From: an uncultured Dehalococcoidia bacterium | Lineage (GTDB): Bacteria; Chloroflexota; Dehalococcoidia; DSTF01; JACRBR01 | DNA length: 58,548 bases | Reading direction: 5' to 3' | Assembly: GCA_964421985.1 (NCBI GenBank) | Contig: CAYQZE010000010.1 | Span: forward strand, 1-58,548 | Part shown: in pieces, positions 57,502-58,548 of the stretch | Position numbering within the stretch: position 1 is the stretch's first letter | How the letters are laid out: every line of letters starts with the position of its first letter | Position numbers and translations under genes: made by a program | Notes under the pieces: model-generated | Database searches by the model: none | Told to the model about the DNA's origin: nothing | Seen by the model: only the letters and a program-made list of their open reading frames with translations

Positions 57502-57972
57502 TCACGCCGGCGCGCGACTCACCGTCGTCTCGGCGATCTTGCTCCGGAGCGAGAGGTAGTACAGCAGCCCGGCTGCCGCGCCCGGGCCGCAGATGCCCGC
57601 ATTGACGCCGATGGCGGTCGATACGCCCAGGTGTTCCGCCACGAGGCCCGTTAGAAAGCCGCCGATCGGCGTGGAGCCCGCGAAGAGCAGCATGTAGATC
57701 GCCGTGACGCGGCCCCGCAGGTGGTCGGGCGTCGCGAGCTGTAACGACGTGTTCGCTGTCGACGCGAACGCTTCGAGTCGGTGATCCGCAGCACGAGGGA
57801 GCGCCTGGGCGATGGTTTGCATCCAGGTGCCGCTGAGTGAGATTGTCTGGCCACTGAAGAACATGCGGTAGTTGCGGTTGCGAAGTGCGCGGAACGTGTC
57901 GTGGAAGCGCGAGCGCGCGTCGCCGTCGGCTGACCTACGCGGTCCTTCGCCCAGAACGGACTGCTGCCTCAT
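57502..57972 (-). pseudogene. MFS transporter with a large in-frame internal deletion
   Basis: N-terminus (FRALRNRNYRMFFSGQTISLSGTWMQTIAQA) joined to the C-terminal motif (TANTSLQLATPDHLRGRVTAIY..PIGG); 156 aa against about 400-430 expected. Confidence 0.8.
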
Positions 57973-58171
57973 CGCCGCGCCTGCGCTTCATCGCGCCACC
58001 GACGGCCTCGTTCGTCCGCGCACGCCGCGCAAGTGTACCGTCTCTCCCGCGACCGACGACCACCGGCGGTCTGTCAACATCGCGCGCAGATCTTCGCACG
58101 CGATCCGCTTGCGCGCGCACACATCGTGCTATGATGGATGCGTGGGCGGGTATGCCCAGGGGGAGGTTCTT

Positions 58172-58548
58172 CTGGACTCCGATTACCGCATCGACGTTTC
58201 CGAAGTGAACCGCAACATCGCAGTCGCTGATGTGATCGCGCTCTACTTCCCGCTCCTGCGCAAGACGCTGCTGATGGACATGCGCACGAACGACGTCGAT
58301 GGTCCGATGATCCGCGTCGTGCCGATGGCCAACACGCCCGAAGAGCGATTCCAGTCGCTGTTGAAGATGCGCCCGCGTTTCGGCCGCCCCGACAGCATCA
58401 CGATCATCCCGTGGCCGAAGTACGCCGCCAGCCTCGTCGACCTCGGGATCTGGGACCGCATCGTCCGCCGCTACGCCGACACGGGCTCGCCGGCGTCGGT
58501 CCGGCAGTGCGAGCTGTGTCACGTCGAGCTGGTGAAGCTCGAGCGTGA
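58172..58548 (+). CDS. Hypothetical protein (paralogue B of the gene at 52779), runs off the right edge
   Basis: Manual translation LDSDYRID...ADVIALYF...PEERFQSL..MRPRF...WPKY...GIWD; GGAGG 5 nt before CTG 58172. Not in the ORF track. Confidence 0.85.
   Translation, partial: MDSDYRIDVSEVNRNIAVADVIALYFPLLRKTLLMDMRTNDVDGPMIRVVPMANTPEERFQSLLKMRPRFGRPDSITIIPWPKYAASLVDLGIWDRIVRRYADTGSPASVRQCELCHVELVKLER

Overview
GC-rich bacterial chromosome segment, most consistent with a Chloroflexota (Dehalococcoidia-like) organism that keeps peptidoglycan genes; the taxonomy is inferred from gene content and order, not from a search. Left to right: partial gyrB, a serine hydrolase, dprA coupled to a nucleotidyltransferase, trmD, a HicB-like/HicA module with a frameshifted toxin, NUDIX, a zinc-ribbon protein, moaE/moaD, comF, a PmbA-like protein, modE-tupABC, a histone H1-like protein, and nrdR-(3 hypotheticals)-nrdJ. 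Then come a dcw cluster (mraZ to ftsZ, no murE) back-to-back with mreC-mreD-mrdA-rodA (no mreB), argF-cdaA-cdaR-der-plsY, fabD-fabF, ribF, rodZ(PASTA)-rimO, AmaP-like-scpB-DUF503 and an internally deleted MFS gene. No rRNA, tRNA or CRISPR array was recognised. The strongest leads are a pair of paralogous unknown proteins (52779 and about 58172), a structured candidate ncRNA between ftsZ and nrdR, an in-frame upstream start giving FtsZ a 64-aa extension, a RodZ-PASTA fusion, unknown small genes inside the NrdR-regulated operon, and a 100-bp IS630-like MITE.
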